From an uncultured Acidimicrobiales bacterium (GTDB lineage Bacteria > Actinomycetota > Acidimicrobiia > Acidimicrobiales > SHLQ01): 36,573 nt of DNA. Shown piece after piece: positions 23,808 through 32,919 of the stretch. Under the pieces are notes generated by a model that was given only the letters and a program-made list of their open reading frames with translations, was not told the DNA's origin and did not search any database. Within the stretch, counting starts at the first letter, position 1. Each line of letters starts with the position of its first letter. The stretch spans positions 1 through 36,573 of the forward strand of contig CBESNZ010000001.1 in the NCBI GenBank assembly GCA_965531045.1, read 5' to 3'. A program made the position numbers and the translations under genes.

Positions 23808-25304
23808 TTAGGACGTCACGACAATGCAGGCGGTACATTCGCTGCCGCCGAAGTACCGCCATCGGAACCGAGAGGCATAGAGCGGGTAGCCGCCCGGTGC
23901 AACGTTGGCGGGGGCCGTCACGGTCGCCGTGGCGTGCTGTTCGTCCACGCGGACGACGTTGTCCACGGTGAAACCGGCTCGAGCGTAGAAGTTGAGCAGA
24001 TCGTCGCTGCTGGCACCGAAGTGGTCGCCGGTGATCGACAGCTGTGCAGTACCACCAGCCACAAGGGGTACATCGGTGGTGACCGCAGTGATCTCGAGAG
24101 CATGGGTGAAGCTGGCGTCGTGTGAGTCGACTCCCGGACCGTCAAAGGTGGCACTGATCACCTGCCCGTCAGCGCTCAGGGCGAACTCCGTTGCGGCGGA
24201 GTGGCCGGCCGGCGGGCTGGCCACAATCTCCGGGAGCGAAATGCCGTCGAGTTCGACCGCCACGATCGCTCCAAGGAAGTCGAACTGCTCCGACGTGAAG
24301 ACCACCCCTTGCGTGCCGTCAGCGGTGAGTTGCGGCTGGTGATCTACGAGGCCGAGGATCTCGACGCTCCAGAGCTGGAGTCCGCCGACGTTCATGAGCG
24401 TTTGCCCAGATCGGTCGAGAAAGTCCGGTTCGTTCGTCGCATACGGAATGCACCCAAAGGGCTTGCAGTAGAGCCACGTGCCCCGCCGTACCAGCGCGAA
24501 CCGGTCACCGTCACGGTCGATGTCGTTCAGCCAACCACCGGGATTGGTGAAGAAGTGCGTGGTCACCCCCGCCTCGTGGAAATAAAAACTCCCGGCCGGC
24601 CCGCCCAAACTCGGGGCGTTGCTTCGGAACGCAACCACCTGACCGTCCCCGGAGATGTGAGCGTCGGAGCTCGCGGCGTCGGCCTGCACGCCATTGGGTC
24701 CGACGCTGATGCGCTGAAACGGCGGAGATTGCGACATCGTCCGAACAAAAATGTCGACGACGCCGTTCGTATCGCCCGCTACCGTGATCGAGCTGGCCGA
24801 TTCGAACGCGATGCGATCGCCGTCGTCAGAAATGCTCGGGGATCGGCTGTGTCCGTTGCTGTAGCTCACGCCGGCCACCAGGCCCGTGTCCATGTCGGTG
24901 CGGTAGATGTCGTCAACGCCGTTGGTCTCGCCGCCCGGCAACAGGTTGGTGGCGGCCGTCTCGAATGCGACGTAGCGGCCGTCGGCCGAAATCGCCGGGT
25001 TCACGCTGTTTCCGTTGCCACCCGCGCACGGCTCGGTGCATCCCGCCGACCGGCTGACGAGCTCGGTGACACCGCTCTGCGTGTTGCGCCGCCAGATCTG
25101 GGACACGCCGTTTGGATTGTTCCCGAGATTCGATGCCGTCGACGAAAAGACCGCATACTTTCCGTCCGCGGAAAGGTCCCAACCCGTCGTCGTTGCGTTC
25201 GCCGGCGCACCGGCCGAATCGACGTCGAGGCGCAACAAATTCACGCACCCGGAGGCGGTCAAGGCGAAGATCGACAGCACACTCAGCAACAATCTGGTCC
25301 GCAT
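23808..25304 (-). CDS. Secreted lipoprotein with PD40/TolB-like beta-propeller repeats and a C-terminal Ig-like domain
   Basis: MRTRLLLSVLSIFALTASGC (lipobox). Repeated motifs SADGRYVAFETAATNLLPGGETNGVDDIY, SDDGDRIAFESASSITVAGDTNGVVDIFV and SGDGQVVAFRSNAPSL are typical PD40 repeats. Confidence 0.8.
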   Translation of the reverse strand: MRTRLLLSVLSIFALTASGCVNLLRLDVDSAGAPANATTTGWDLSADGKYAVFSSTASNLGNNPNGVSQIWRRNTQSGVTELVSRSAGCTEPCAGGNGNSVNPAISADGRYVAFETAATNLLPGGETNGVDDIYRTDMDTGLVAGVSYSNGHSRSPSISDDGDRIAFESASSITVAGDTNGVVDIFVRTMSQSPPFQRISVGPNGVQADAASSDAHISGDGQVVAFRSNAPSLGGPAGSFYFHEAGVTTHFFTNPGGWLNDIDRDGDRFALVRRGTWLYCKPFGCIPYATNEPDFLDRSGQTLMNVGGLQLWSVEILGLVDHQPQLTADGTQGVVFTSEQFDFLGAIVAVELDGISLPEIVASPPAGHSAATEFALSADGQVISATFDGPGVDSHDASFTHALEITAVTTDVPLVAGGTAQLSITGDHFGASSDDLLNFYARAGFTVDNVVRVDEQHATATVTAPANVAPGGYPLYASRFRWRYFGGSECTACIVVTS

Positions 25305-25386
25305 CGAGAACCCCCTGATATATCCCACGACCACGAGCTGCTTCAGCCTTGTCGCTACAACGATGCATTGCAACTACGGTGCGCCC

Positions 25387-25995
25387 ATGTCCACCGATCC
25401 TGGCACCGAGGTGAGTCGGCGGGCCGCACCGAATCGTCGCACGATCATTCGGACGGCGATCCTGCTCTTTCTGCTCGCCGGTGCGGGTCAACTCTTGCTC
25501 GAGGCCGCACTTCCCGCATATCCAGAACCCGTGCAGGGCGGCCTGGCCGGATTCCTCATCGACAACAACGGAGCCATCGTCGATTTCGAGGTCGCCGGCA
25601 TCGATGGCGCCGAAGCAATGGTGCAGGCCTTCGGCGACCGTAAGTGGCTGATGGGGGCAAGCCTGGTCGTCGATGTGGCCTTCCTGTATGCGTATGCAGC
25701 CCTGCTGTTCTTCTTCATCGGCGGTCTCGCCGATCGGCTGTCTCGCCTTGGCGTCGCGTTCGCGCCGCTGCTGAAAAAGGTCGCACTCCTCCCATTGGCA
25801 GCCTCGGCGTGCGACGGCATCGAGAATCTGTTCCTGGCCTGGGTCGTGCACGCCGAACGATCACGGGCGGCCGACATCGCTTCGGTGTTCGCCCAGATCA
25901 AGTTCGTGCTACTGGGCTTCGCATTGTTGTGCGCGGCGATCGGCTCGGTGTGGCTCTTCGTTGCGACGAAGCGAAAGCAGCCAAGCGCCTCATGA
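25387..25995 (+). CDS. Hypothetical integral membrane protein
   Basis: 202 aa with four hydrophobic segments. The ATG at 25387 is chosen because the upstream part of the 25015-25995 ORF is antisense to the PD40 gene. Confidence 0.6.
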   Translation: MSTDPGTEVSRRAAPNRRTIIRTAILLFLLAGAGQLLLEAALPAYPEPVQGGLAGFLIDNNGAIVDFEVAGIDGAEAMVQAFGDRKWLMGASLVVDVAFLYAYAALLFFFIGGLADRLSRLGVAFAPLLKKVALLPLAASACDGIENLFLAWVVHAERSRAADIASVFAQIKFVLLGFALLCAAIGSVWLFVATKRKQPSAS

Positions 25996-26011
25996 AAAGG
26001 CCGCTATTCGG

Positions 26012-27418
26012 TCACTGAACCACCCGAGCGGCGACGTCGATGACGTACCCGTCGGCATCCTTGATCGTGACGAGGACCCAGTCGACCGCAGCCTCCGGGA
26101 ACCGGTCAACTTCGCCAGTCGGCACCCGAAGCTCAATCGCCTCGCCGGCTCTCGGGTCAGCCTCCAGCTCCCAGACATCGTCGCCCTTCTTGAATCGAAC
26201 CGACGCGATGCGAGCTCCGGAGGGCACGCCATCCACGAGGCGCAACATCGGAGCGATACTGGCCCTTTCGACCTCGATGGCGGTCAGGCCGGCGATCTCT
26301 GTCACGCCGACTGCACCGGCTCGTTCCTCGACCGCAACCGATACGACCATTGCCGGTTGGCCAGCGTATGAGTCGACCGTCACCTCGAAGGTCCCAGTCG
26401 CAATACCGGTGCGCCCACCGATCCCGCATTCGAGGCCGGTGACCGGTACACCCATTAGTGCAGTCGCGACGTCGACGGGTGGGGTCCCGACGGGCAGCGA
26501 GAACAGAAAGCCGTCACGGGCGAGGTTCTGGTCGGACGCCGGACCCCCCAGGTACAAGGTTCCTGGCGGACCTTGTTCTTCAATCCCTGCGGGACAGGGA
26601 TTGCTGATCGCTGGATCGGATTCGAAGGCCGTGCCCTGTTCTGGTGGCGACGCACTCCCATCAGGCGTTGGTTGCGAAGCGCCGGTCGCGAGCAATCCGG
26701 TTGACACCACCGACCCTGCGTCCACGGCGAACCGGGCAGAGCCGATCGTGATCGGGTCGTCGTGCCATTCGATCGGTGCCGAAACGGTTGAACCGTCGTC
26801 CAGGGTGATTTGTGCCGAGGCGGCCTTCGCATAGTCCGCACCGACAGCGACGATGGCAACCGTCTGCGACGGCGACACGGCGACCGCGATTGGATCGGTT
26901 CCCGGTGATGGCTCGGTGCCGCATGCCTCCTCCACCGGCGTCCGCCAGCAGAATTGCGTCGGACCGTTGTTCGGGCCGTTCCACCCGATCTCGACGTCGG
27001 CGGTCAGTCGATAGGAGTAGGACGGCTCGTTCCCGAGTGCCGTCACCGGCGAACCCGGATCGTCTACGGGCGGGAGTGTGAGCTCGGGGGCGATGATGGG
27101 GCTCTCGGGCGGGGCGAGCGGCGACTGGTCGGTGGTGACGCCTCCGCCGGAGCGACTGGCAGCAAACGCTCCGACCACGGCCACCAGCAGCACGACTGCG
27201 GCCGCGTAGGCCAGCCGGCTGTCTCGCCAGGAGTTTCTGTTCGAGGCGGCACCGCCGGTGGTGGTGGGAATGACATCGATCATGATTGGCTCCTCGGGGT
27301 TTGTTGTAGGGCTGGTTGGTGTTTGGAGGGCGGTGTGCAGGTCTGCGAGCACGTCGTCGACGGAGCGATGCTCACCTCGGTTGGCGAGTTGGCGCAGTTG
27401 TTCGGCCAGGTCGTTCAT
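26012..27418 (-). CDS. Putative anti-sigma factor: single-pass membrane protein with a large extracytoplasmic domain
   Basis: 4-nt overlap (ATGA) with the ECF sigma gene. It has a short cytoplasmic N-terminus of about 75 aa, one TM segment (LAYAAAVVLLVAVVGAFAA) and an external domain of about 370 aa. No HxxxCxxC zinc motif is visible. Confidence 0.6.
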   Translation of the reverse strand: MNDLAEQLRQLANRGEHRSVDDVLADLHTALQTPTSPTTNPEEPIMIDVIPTTTGGAASNRNSWRDSRLAYAAAVVLLVAVVGAFAASRSGGGVTTDQSPLAPPESPIIAPELTLPPVDDPGSPVTALGNEPSYSYRLTADVEIGWNGPNNGPTQFCWRTPVEEACGTEPSPGTDPIAVAVSPSQTVAIVAVGADYAKAASAQITLDDGSTVSAPIEWHDDPITIGSARFAVDAGSVVSTGLLATGASQPTPDGSASPPEQGTAFESDPAISNPCPAGIEEQGPPGTLYLGGPASDQNLARDGFLFSLPVGTPPVDVATALMGVPVTGLECGIGGRTGIATGTFEVTVDSYAGQPAMVVSVAVEERAGAVGVTEIAGLTAIEVERASIAPMLRLVDGVPSGARIASVRFKKGDDVWELEADPRAGEAIELRVPTGEVDRFPEAAVDWVLVTIKDADGYVIDVAARVVQ

Positions 27419-27954
27419 GACGTCTCTCCCTCGGTCCGCGCCCGAAGCACCTGTCGTGCTCGCGACGCCACGGTGCGGCTGTGGGCTTCGGTGATGCCGA
27501 GCATCGCGGCGATCTCGGCGTGGCTCGCGTTCTCGACTTCGGCGAGGTAGAGGACGGCCCGTGATTGGGCGGGCAGGTCGTAGAGATCGGCGAGATCCGA
27601 CGGGTAGGTGTCTTCCGCATTGACCGATGCGCCGCCCGAAACGCGCTGCAGTCTTCGATCTTGACGGATGTCCGACCGCCTCTCATTCGAGGCGATATTG
27701 ACGATCGCCCGACGCACGTAGGCCTCGGGAAACTCGAGGTCGACCAGGCGTCGGCTCCGCAGCGTTCGCAGCAGTGCCTCCTGCACCAAGTCGTCGGGCT
27801 CGGAGGACCACGATCCAGCAATGGCGGCGAAGCGCCGCAACGATGGGTAGATGCGCCGAATCAGTTCGTCTGTCGATCGGTCGATGCCGTCGCTGTTGGT
27901 GCTGCTGCTGTTGTTGTTGAACGGGTCGCCGCGCCTGTCGGTCGCCTCGTTCAT
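27415..27954 (-). CDS. ECF-type RNA polymerase sigma-70 family factor
   Basis: Region 2 (DDLVQEALLRTL....L.....EAYVRRAIVN) and region 4 (LPAQSRAVLYLAEVENASHAEIAAMLGITEAHSRTVASRARQVL). Confidence 0.88.
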   Translation of the reverse strand: MNEATDRRGDPFNNNSSSTNSDGIDRSTDELIRRIYPSLRRFAAIAGSWSSEPDDLVQEALLRTLRSRRLVDLEFPEAYVRRAIVNIASNERRSDIRQDRRLQRVSGGASVNAEDTYPSDLADLYDLPAQSRAVLYLAEVENASHAEIAAMLGITEAHSRTVASRARQVLRARTEGETS

Positions 27955-28032
27955 CTCAACGCACTCATGTTGCCCTCATGCCCTTCTCAACCCCGCCCGG
28001 CGGCAGAACGCAACAGCTCCCCCAAAGAAACG

Positions 28033-29145
28033 TCACGCGGCTCGGGCCGTTGCGACCCGCACCCGGAACACGGCGGCGGCGGCACTCAGCATGAGGCCAG
28101 CTCCGACGATCCCCAGTGCGGCGTTGCCGACCCCATCGAGCAGGAAGCCACCCAGCAGTGGACCTCCGACGCGGCCAACGGCCATCATCGCTTGGGCGTC
28201 GCCGGCGCGCTCCTCGGGAAAGGCGGAAGCGTCGGCCAACACGTTGAACACCTCGGGGATGGCCATCCAATAGGCGAAACCCCACAACATCATCGAACCG
28301 AAGAACACCACCTCATTGAACGACGTGGCCAACAGGAATGCCGCAGCGGCGGTCACGATCATCCATGCGCTCGGGATGCCCCGACGGCGCGTCCAGCCGG
28401 CGGCGGGAATCGAGACGATCGCGTTGAGGCTGTAGGCGATCGATGCGATCGCCGCCGACAGCCCGAGCTCGCGACCGGCGATGACGACACCGAACGTGAA
28501 GACCGACGATCCGCCGAGTGAGAACAGCGTGAGCGCGCCCAGAACCGTCCTCGCTGCCGACGTTGCCCGGTGCCGTTCACCGCGGGCCCGCCGCTCGGGG
28601 GTCGGTATGGAGTCGCTGAAGAACATTGCGCCGAGCGGCAGCACCGCCAGCGTGACAAACAGGCCGGCGGCGCCGCGCCACTCGGCCACCATCGCAATCA
28701 GTGGCGTGGCCACAACACCGATCAGTGGGCCGACGACTGCCGTGTGGCTCATGACCTTCGCGTCGGCGAACGCACGCGACCAGGCAAACCAGGTGATGAC
28801 CCCGATCGACACACCGCTCAACGCCCGAAACGCCAGCAGCACCGAAAGCGGCGGCAAGAGCGCCGACCCGAGATTCACGGCGATCGCCAGTGCGAGCGCT
28901 CCTACCAACACCGAACGCGTCGGTCGAAGCCAGCGACCAGAGCCCCACGAACCGAACGCGAACCCGCTGAGCTGGGTAACGCCGACAAACGCCGCGATCC
29001 GGACCCGAACGTCGTACGCATCAGCGATTTCGGGAATCAGAAACGGCGTCGAAAGCAGAACGACCGACGCAAAAGCCAGAGCCAGCAACACGCCCAGCGA
29101 TCGGCGCGAATCGAAAGCGGCGGACAGCCGAACGGGGATCTGCAT
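28033..29145 (-). CDS. MFS transporter
   Basis: 370 aa with about 12 TM segments and an MFS-like loop (GSGRWLRPTR) after TM2. Confidence 0.75.
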   Translation of the reverse strand: MQIPVRLSAAFDSRRSLGVLLALAFASVVLLSTPFLIPEIADAYDVRVRIAAFVGVTQLSGFAFGSWGSGRWLRPTRSVLVGALALAIAVNLGSALLPPLSVLLAFRALSGVSIGVITWFAWSRAFADAKVMSHTAVVGPLIGVVATPLIAMVAEWRGAAGLFVTLAVLPLGAMFFSDSIPTPERRARGERHRATSAARTVLGALTLFSLGGSSVFTFGVVIAGRELGLSAAIASIAYSLNAIVSIPAAGWTRRRGIPSAWMIVTAAAAFLLATSFNEVVFFGSMMLWGFAYWMAIPEVFNVLADASAFPEERAGDAQAMMAVGRVGGPLLGGFLLDGVGNAALGIVGAGLMLSAAAAVFRVRVATARAA

Positions 29146-29206
29146 GAATCGCCGACTCTACTGACAGGAGACGAGCGGCGGTCGGGACCTGGCCTAGTGT
29201 TCCGGG

Positions 29207-30652
29207 ATGGCATTCGATGACGAACTTGCAAATCTCGATGGCGTTGCGCAGGGCGAGCTGGTGGCCTCCCGTCAGGTGACGGCCGCCGAACTCGTCGACG
29301 CGGCGATCGCCCGGGCGGAACGCATCAACCCCGAGATCAATGCGATCATCCGGCCGGGATTCGATGCCGCCCGTCAGCGGGCGACGGGGCCGCTGCCGGA
29401 AGGACCGTTGTCGGGCGTGCCCACGCTGTTCAAGGACCTCGGACTCATGGTCGCCGGCGAGCCACAGTACGAGGGCGTCGCCCCACTCAAGGACGCCGGA
29501 TGGGTCTCGCCTGCCACCAGTGACATGGCGCAGAAGTTCCTCGACGCCGGCATGGTCAGCATCGGCCGTACGAACACGCCCGAGCTCGGCCTCGTACCGA
29601 CCACCGAACCGGTGTCGTACGGCGCAACCCGAAACCCGTGGGATACGTCGCGCACCCCGGGCGGGTCGTCGGGAGGCTCCGCAGCCGCCGTCGCAGCCGG
29701 CATCGTGCCAATCGCGCACGCCAACGACGGCGGCGGGTCGATCCGCATCCCCGCCTCTTGTTGTGGTCTGGTCGGCCTGAAGCCGAGCCGCGGGCGAACC
29801 CCTCTCGGTCCGGCGCTCGATCCCATGGTCAGTGGCCTGCCCATCAACCTTGCCGTCACGCGCACCGTTCGCGACACGGCCGCGGTGCTCGACGCGACGA
29901 TGGGCGCGTCGATCGGCACGTCGGTGCACGCCCCGGCACCCGAGCGGCCCTTCGCCGACGAGGTCGGCCGCGACCCCGGAAAGCTCCGTATCGCCGTCAT
30001 GATGACCGACACCCGATCACACATCACGCCGAACCCCGAGGTCACAGCCGCAGTCGAACGCACCGTTGCCCAACTCGCCGCACTCGGCCATGACGTCGTC
30101 GAAGAAATGCCTCCCGGGCTCGACGTCGACGCGCTCGAAGCCGAGTTCACCACGCTCTGGTCCGCGTCGGCCTACGCACAGATCGCCGTTTGGAGCATGA
30201 CGCTCGGCCGCGACATCTCCGGCGAGATCGAGTCGCTCACCGCAGCGCTCGCCGAGATGGGTTCCACCGTCACCGCCCTCGACACCATGGCGGCCCAATC
30301 GGCCATCTGGCAACTCTCGAAGTCGATCGGCGAGTGGCACGCGGGCGGGATCGACCTGTTTCTCTCCCCCACCCTCGGCTTGCCGCCGGTCGAACTGGGC
30401 TGGATCGACACCAACAGCGACGACCCGCTCGGCTCGTTCGCCAACGCCGGCCAATTCGCGGCATTCACGCCGGTGCAGAACGCCACCGGCCAGCCGGCCA
30501 TCTCGTTGCCGCTGCAGACGACCGAAAACGACCTGCCGATCGGCATGCACTTTGCAGCGGCGTACGGCGACGAGGCAACGCTGTTGCGCCTCGCCGGACA
30601 ACTCGAATCGGCCCATCCGTGGATCGACCGAACCCCTGGCGTGCACGCGTAG
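29207..30652 (+). CDS. Amidase signature (AS) family amidase
   Basis: GGSSGGSAAAVAAGIVPIAHANDGGGSIRIPASCCGLVGLKPSRGR is the canonical AS Gly/Ser-rich motif with the Ser-cisSer-Lys triad context. Confidence 0.92.
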   Translation: MAFDDELANLDGVAQGELVASRQVTAAELVDAAIARAERINPEINAIIRPGFDAARQRATGPLPEGPLSGVPTLFKDLGLMVAGEPQYEGVAPLKDAGWVSPATSDMAQKFLDAGMVSIGRTNTPELGLVPTTEPVSYGATRNPWDTSRTPGGSSGGSAAAVAAGIVPIAHANDGGGSIRIPASCCGLVGLKPSRGRTPLGPALDPMVSGLPINLAVTRTVRDTAAVLDATMGASIGTSVHAPAPERPFADEVGRDPGKLRIAVMMTDTRSHITPNPEVTAAVERTVAQLAALGHDVVEEMPPGLDVDALEAEFTTLWSASAYAQIAVWSMTLGRDISGEIESLTAALAEMGSTVTALDTMAAQSAIWQLSKSIGEWHAGGIDLFLSPTLGLPPVELGWIDTNSDDPLGSFANAGQFAAFTPVQNATGQPAISLPLQTTENDLPIGMHFAAAYGDEATLLRLAGQLESAHPWIDRTPGVHA

Positions 30653-30672
30653 AGCCCCACTTCGGCGGGTCG

Positions 30673-30918
30673 TCAGAACTCGCCGGTGAAGCCGCCCTTT
30701 TGCGCGCGCCGATACGCGGCGAACCACTGGAGCGCGGCGATCACCACATAGGCCGCCACCAGCAGAATGGCGTACGTCCAGTTTCCGGTAGCAAGCGTGG
30801 CCACGAGGGCGACGATGACCGCGCCGACGAGCCCGAACAGCAAGATGCGCGTGAACATCTTGAGGTCGGCATGGGAATTCATTCCCGGGTCGAGGAAGGG
30901 GTCGTTTTCCGGATCCAC
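30673..30918 (-). CDS. Small two-TM membrane protein, hypothetical
   Basis: 81 aa with two hydrophobic helices (ILLFGLVGAVIVALVATLA and AILLVAAYVVIAALQWFAAY). Confidence 0.5.
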   Translation of the reverse strand: MDPENDPFLDPGMNSHADLKMFTRILLFGLVGAVIVALVATLATGNWTYAILLVAAYVVIAALQWFAAYRRAQKGGFTGEF

Positions 30919-30972
30919 GACGTCACGCTACCGGTCAGGCGGCGAACACGGGAACGACGTAAGGTCAAATCG

Positions 30973-32919
30973 ATGCCAATCGACAGCCCACTCGCACCGT
31001 TCGTCGACGCCCGGGCAAAGCGCGCCGTGTTCAGCGTCTCCCATCCCCAGCCGCGCACCCGGGAGCCGGTCGAGTCGCTGCTCGCCGGAGCGTCGGAGGT
31101 CGACATCACCCCTCCGCCGGGGATGCCGAAGGCCGGCCACTCGTCAAACGCCCGCGACGGAGAGGGATTTCGATCGCGGCTCTTCAGCCGGGTCGTACAC
31201 CTGCGCCACGGAACCCAATCGATCGCGCTGGTGCAATCCGACCTCCTGACGGGGTCGAGCATCCTGCAACACCTCGTCGCCGACGCCGTCTCCGAACGCA
31301 CGGACATCGACATCTCCGGGCTGCTCTTCGCCGTCAATCACACCCATGCAGCGCCGGGGCAGTTCCACGACTGCGATTTCTACAACAAATTCTCGTCGAA
31401 CCGCGGCGGCTTCGACCCGGCCTGGACGCACTTCTTGGTCGAGCGCATCTCGTCGGCGGTCATCGATGCTCACGACAACCGTCGGCCGGCTACCGCGGCC
31501 ATGGGGTTCTCCGAGGTCCGGGGGTTGGCCAAGAACCGATCGATGGCGCCGTATCGCAACAACTCGACCGTCACCGGTGCGGTCGACCCGAAACAATGCG
31601 TCGACCCGCGTTTGCACGTCCTGCGGGTCGACGGAGCCGACGGCCGACCGATCAGCGCCAGCGTCATCTACGGCATTCACGGCACGTCGGTTTCGTCGAA
31701 AACGCCCGACTACAACGCGGATCTCTGGGCGCACACGGTCGCCACGCTTCGAGCGGGCATCGCGGCCGAAACCGGCGTCCAAACCGTCGTTGCGGGTATC
31801 CAAGGCACGCATGCCGACACCACCCCCGCGATGGGTCCCGACGGGCACGCCCACGCCGAGGCTCAGCGCATCGGCTCGGCGTTGGGCGACGCAGCCCTCG
31901 ACCGGTGGCGTGCCCTGGAAGCCGACCTGTCGGTATCGCTGCCGCTGGGTGTCGCGTTGCGCGAGGTCGACCTCGCGACACCGAGCCGCAGCGGCATTCG
32001 TCTCGCCGCTCGCCCGGCGGTCGGGGCTGCACTCTTGGCGGGGGCGATCGAGAACTCGACGCCCGTCGTCGCTTCGCTCCCCGGTATCAAGCCCGGGCAC
32101 CCTCGCACGACCCCCAGGGGCGACCACGGCCACAAACGCACCGTCGGGGGCCGTCTGCAACGACTGACGTTGCCTCCCAACCTCTTTCCTCGACACGCGC
32201 CACTGCACGTGCTGCGTATCGGAACGACCGCGATCGTCGCCACGCCGTTCGAGACCACAACCGAAAGCGGGCGGCGAATGGCCGATGCCGTGCTCGGCGA
32301 GCTTGCCGATTCGGGGGTCGACACGATCGCCGTCACGTCCATCGCCAACAGCTACTTCGGCTACGTCACCACCCCGGAGGAGTACGCGCTCCAGTACTAC
32401 GAGGGCGGCCACACCCTGTTCGGCCCGAACACGCTCCCGTATCTCACCGACGAACTCGTCGGTCTGGCGGCCGAGGTCGCCGAGGGTGGAGCAACGCAGG
32501 ATGTCGCGTCCCCGCGCACATTCGACCTGAAGATCAAGCGCTTCCTCGCTCGCCCGAACGGCATTCGGCCGCGCCGGATCGTCGCCGAGCCGACCTGGGT
32601 CGACGCCGCCGACCCCGGACCTTGTTGGGAGGTGCAGTGGAGCGACTCGTCGCCCGGCGCTCTGTCGTGGCACGAACCGTTGGTGGCGGTGCAGGAAGAG
32701 ATCGGCGACGGGTGGGAAACCATCGTCACCGATTCGTCCCCCATGCTCGAGGTGCTGCTCCGGTCTTCCAGAGGCGGACGGTTCGTCTATCGGGCGAGGT
32801 GGTTCTCCGAGCCGCCCAATGGCGCCTATCGCTTCACCGTGCTGCCGTCGGCCGACAACGAGGCCCTCGCCTCGGATACGTTCGCCGTACTGAACGTCGA
32901 GCCAATGGCGAGTCTCTAG
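30973..32919 (+). CDS. Neutral/alkaline non-lysosomal ceramidase family protein
   Basis: DITPPPGMPKAGHSSN...LFAVNHTHAAPG...YGIHGTS resembles the N-terminal catalytic domain of bacterial neutral ceramidases. The ATG at 30973 is chosen because the upstream ORF part overlaps the amidase and small membrane genes. No clear signal peptide. Confidence 0.7.
   Translation: MPIDSPLAPFVDARAKRAVFSVSHPQPRTREPVESLLAGASEVDITPPPGMPKAGHSSNARDGEGFRSRLFSRVVHLRHGTQSIALVQSDLLTGSSILQHLVADAVSERTDIDISGLLFAVNHTHAAPGQFHDCDFYNKFSSNRGGFDPAWTHFLVERISSAVIDAHDNRRPATAAMGFSEVRGLAKNRSMAPYRNNSTVTGAVDPKQCVDPRLHVLRVDGADGRPISASVIYGIHGTSVSSKTPDYNADLWAHTVATLRAGIAAETGVQTVVAGIQGTHADTTPAMGPDGHAHAEAQRIGSALGDAALDRWRALEADLSVSLPLGVALREVDLATPSRSGIRLAARPAVGAALLAGAIENSTPVVASLPGIKPGHPRTTPRGDHGHKRTVGGRLQRLTLPPNLFPRHAPLHVLRIGTTAIVATPFETTTESGRRMADAVLGELADSGVDTIAVTSIANSYFGYVTTPEEYALQYYEGGHTLFGPNTLPYLTDELVGLAAEVAEGGATQDVASPRTFDLKIKRFLARPNGIRPRRIVAEPTWVDAADPGPCWEVQWSDSSPGALSWHEPLVAVQEEIGDGWETIVTDSSPMLEVLLRSSRGGRFVYRARWFSEPPNGAYRFTVLPSADNEALASDTFAVLNVEPMASL

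Noticed and set aside
27955-28032. Possible ECF-type autoregulated promoter (GCAAC ... CGTT) upstream of the sigma factor gene
   Set aside because: The only GCAAC and CGTT words are 7 nt apart, and the CGTT sits 3 nt before the ATG. The spacing is incompatible with a -35/-10 pair, so no promoter is called.
30653-30672. Hairpin between the convergent amidase and small membrane protein genes (CCCAC-ttcg-GCGGG)
   Set aside because: The stem has only 4 Watson-Crick pairs and a mismatch, too weak to call a terminator.
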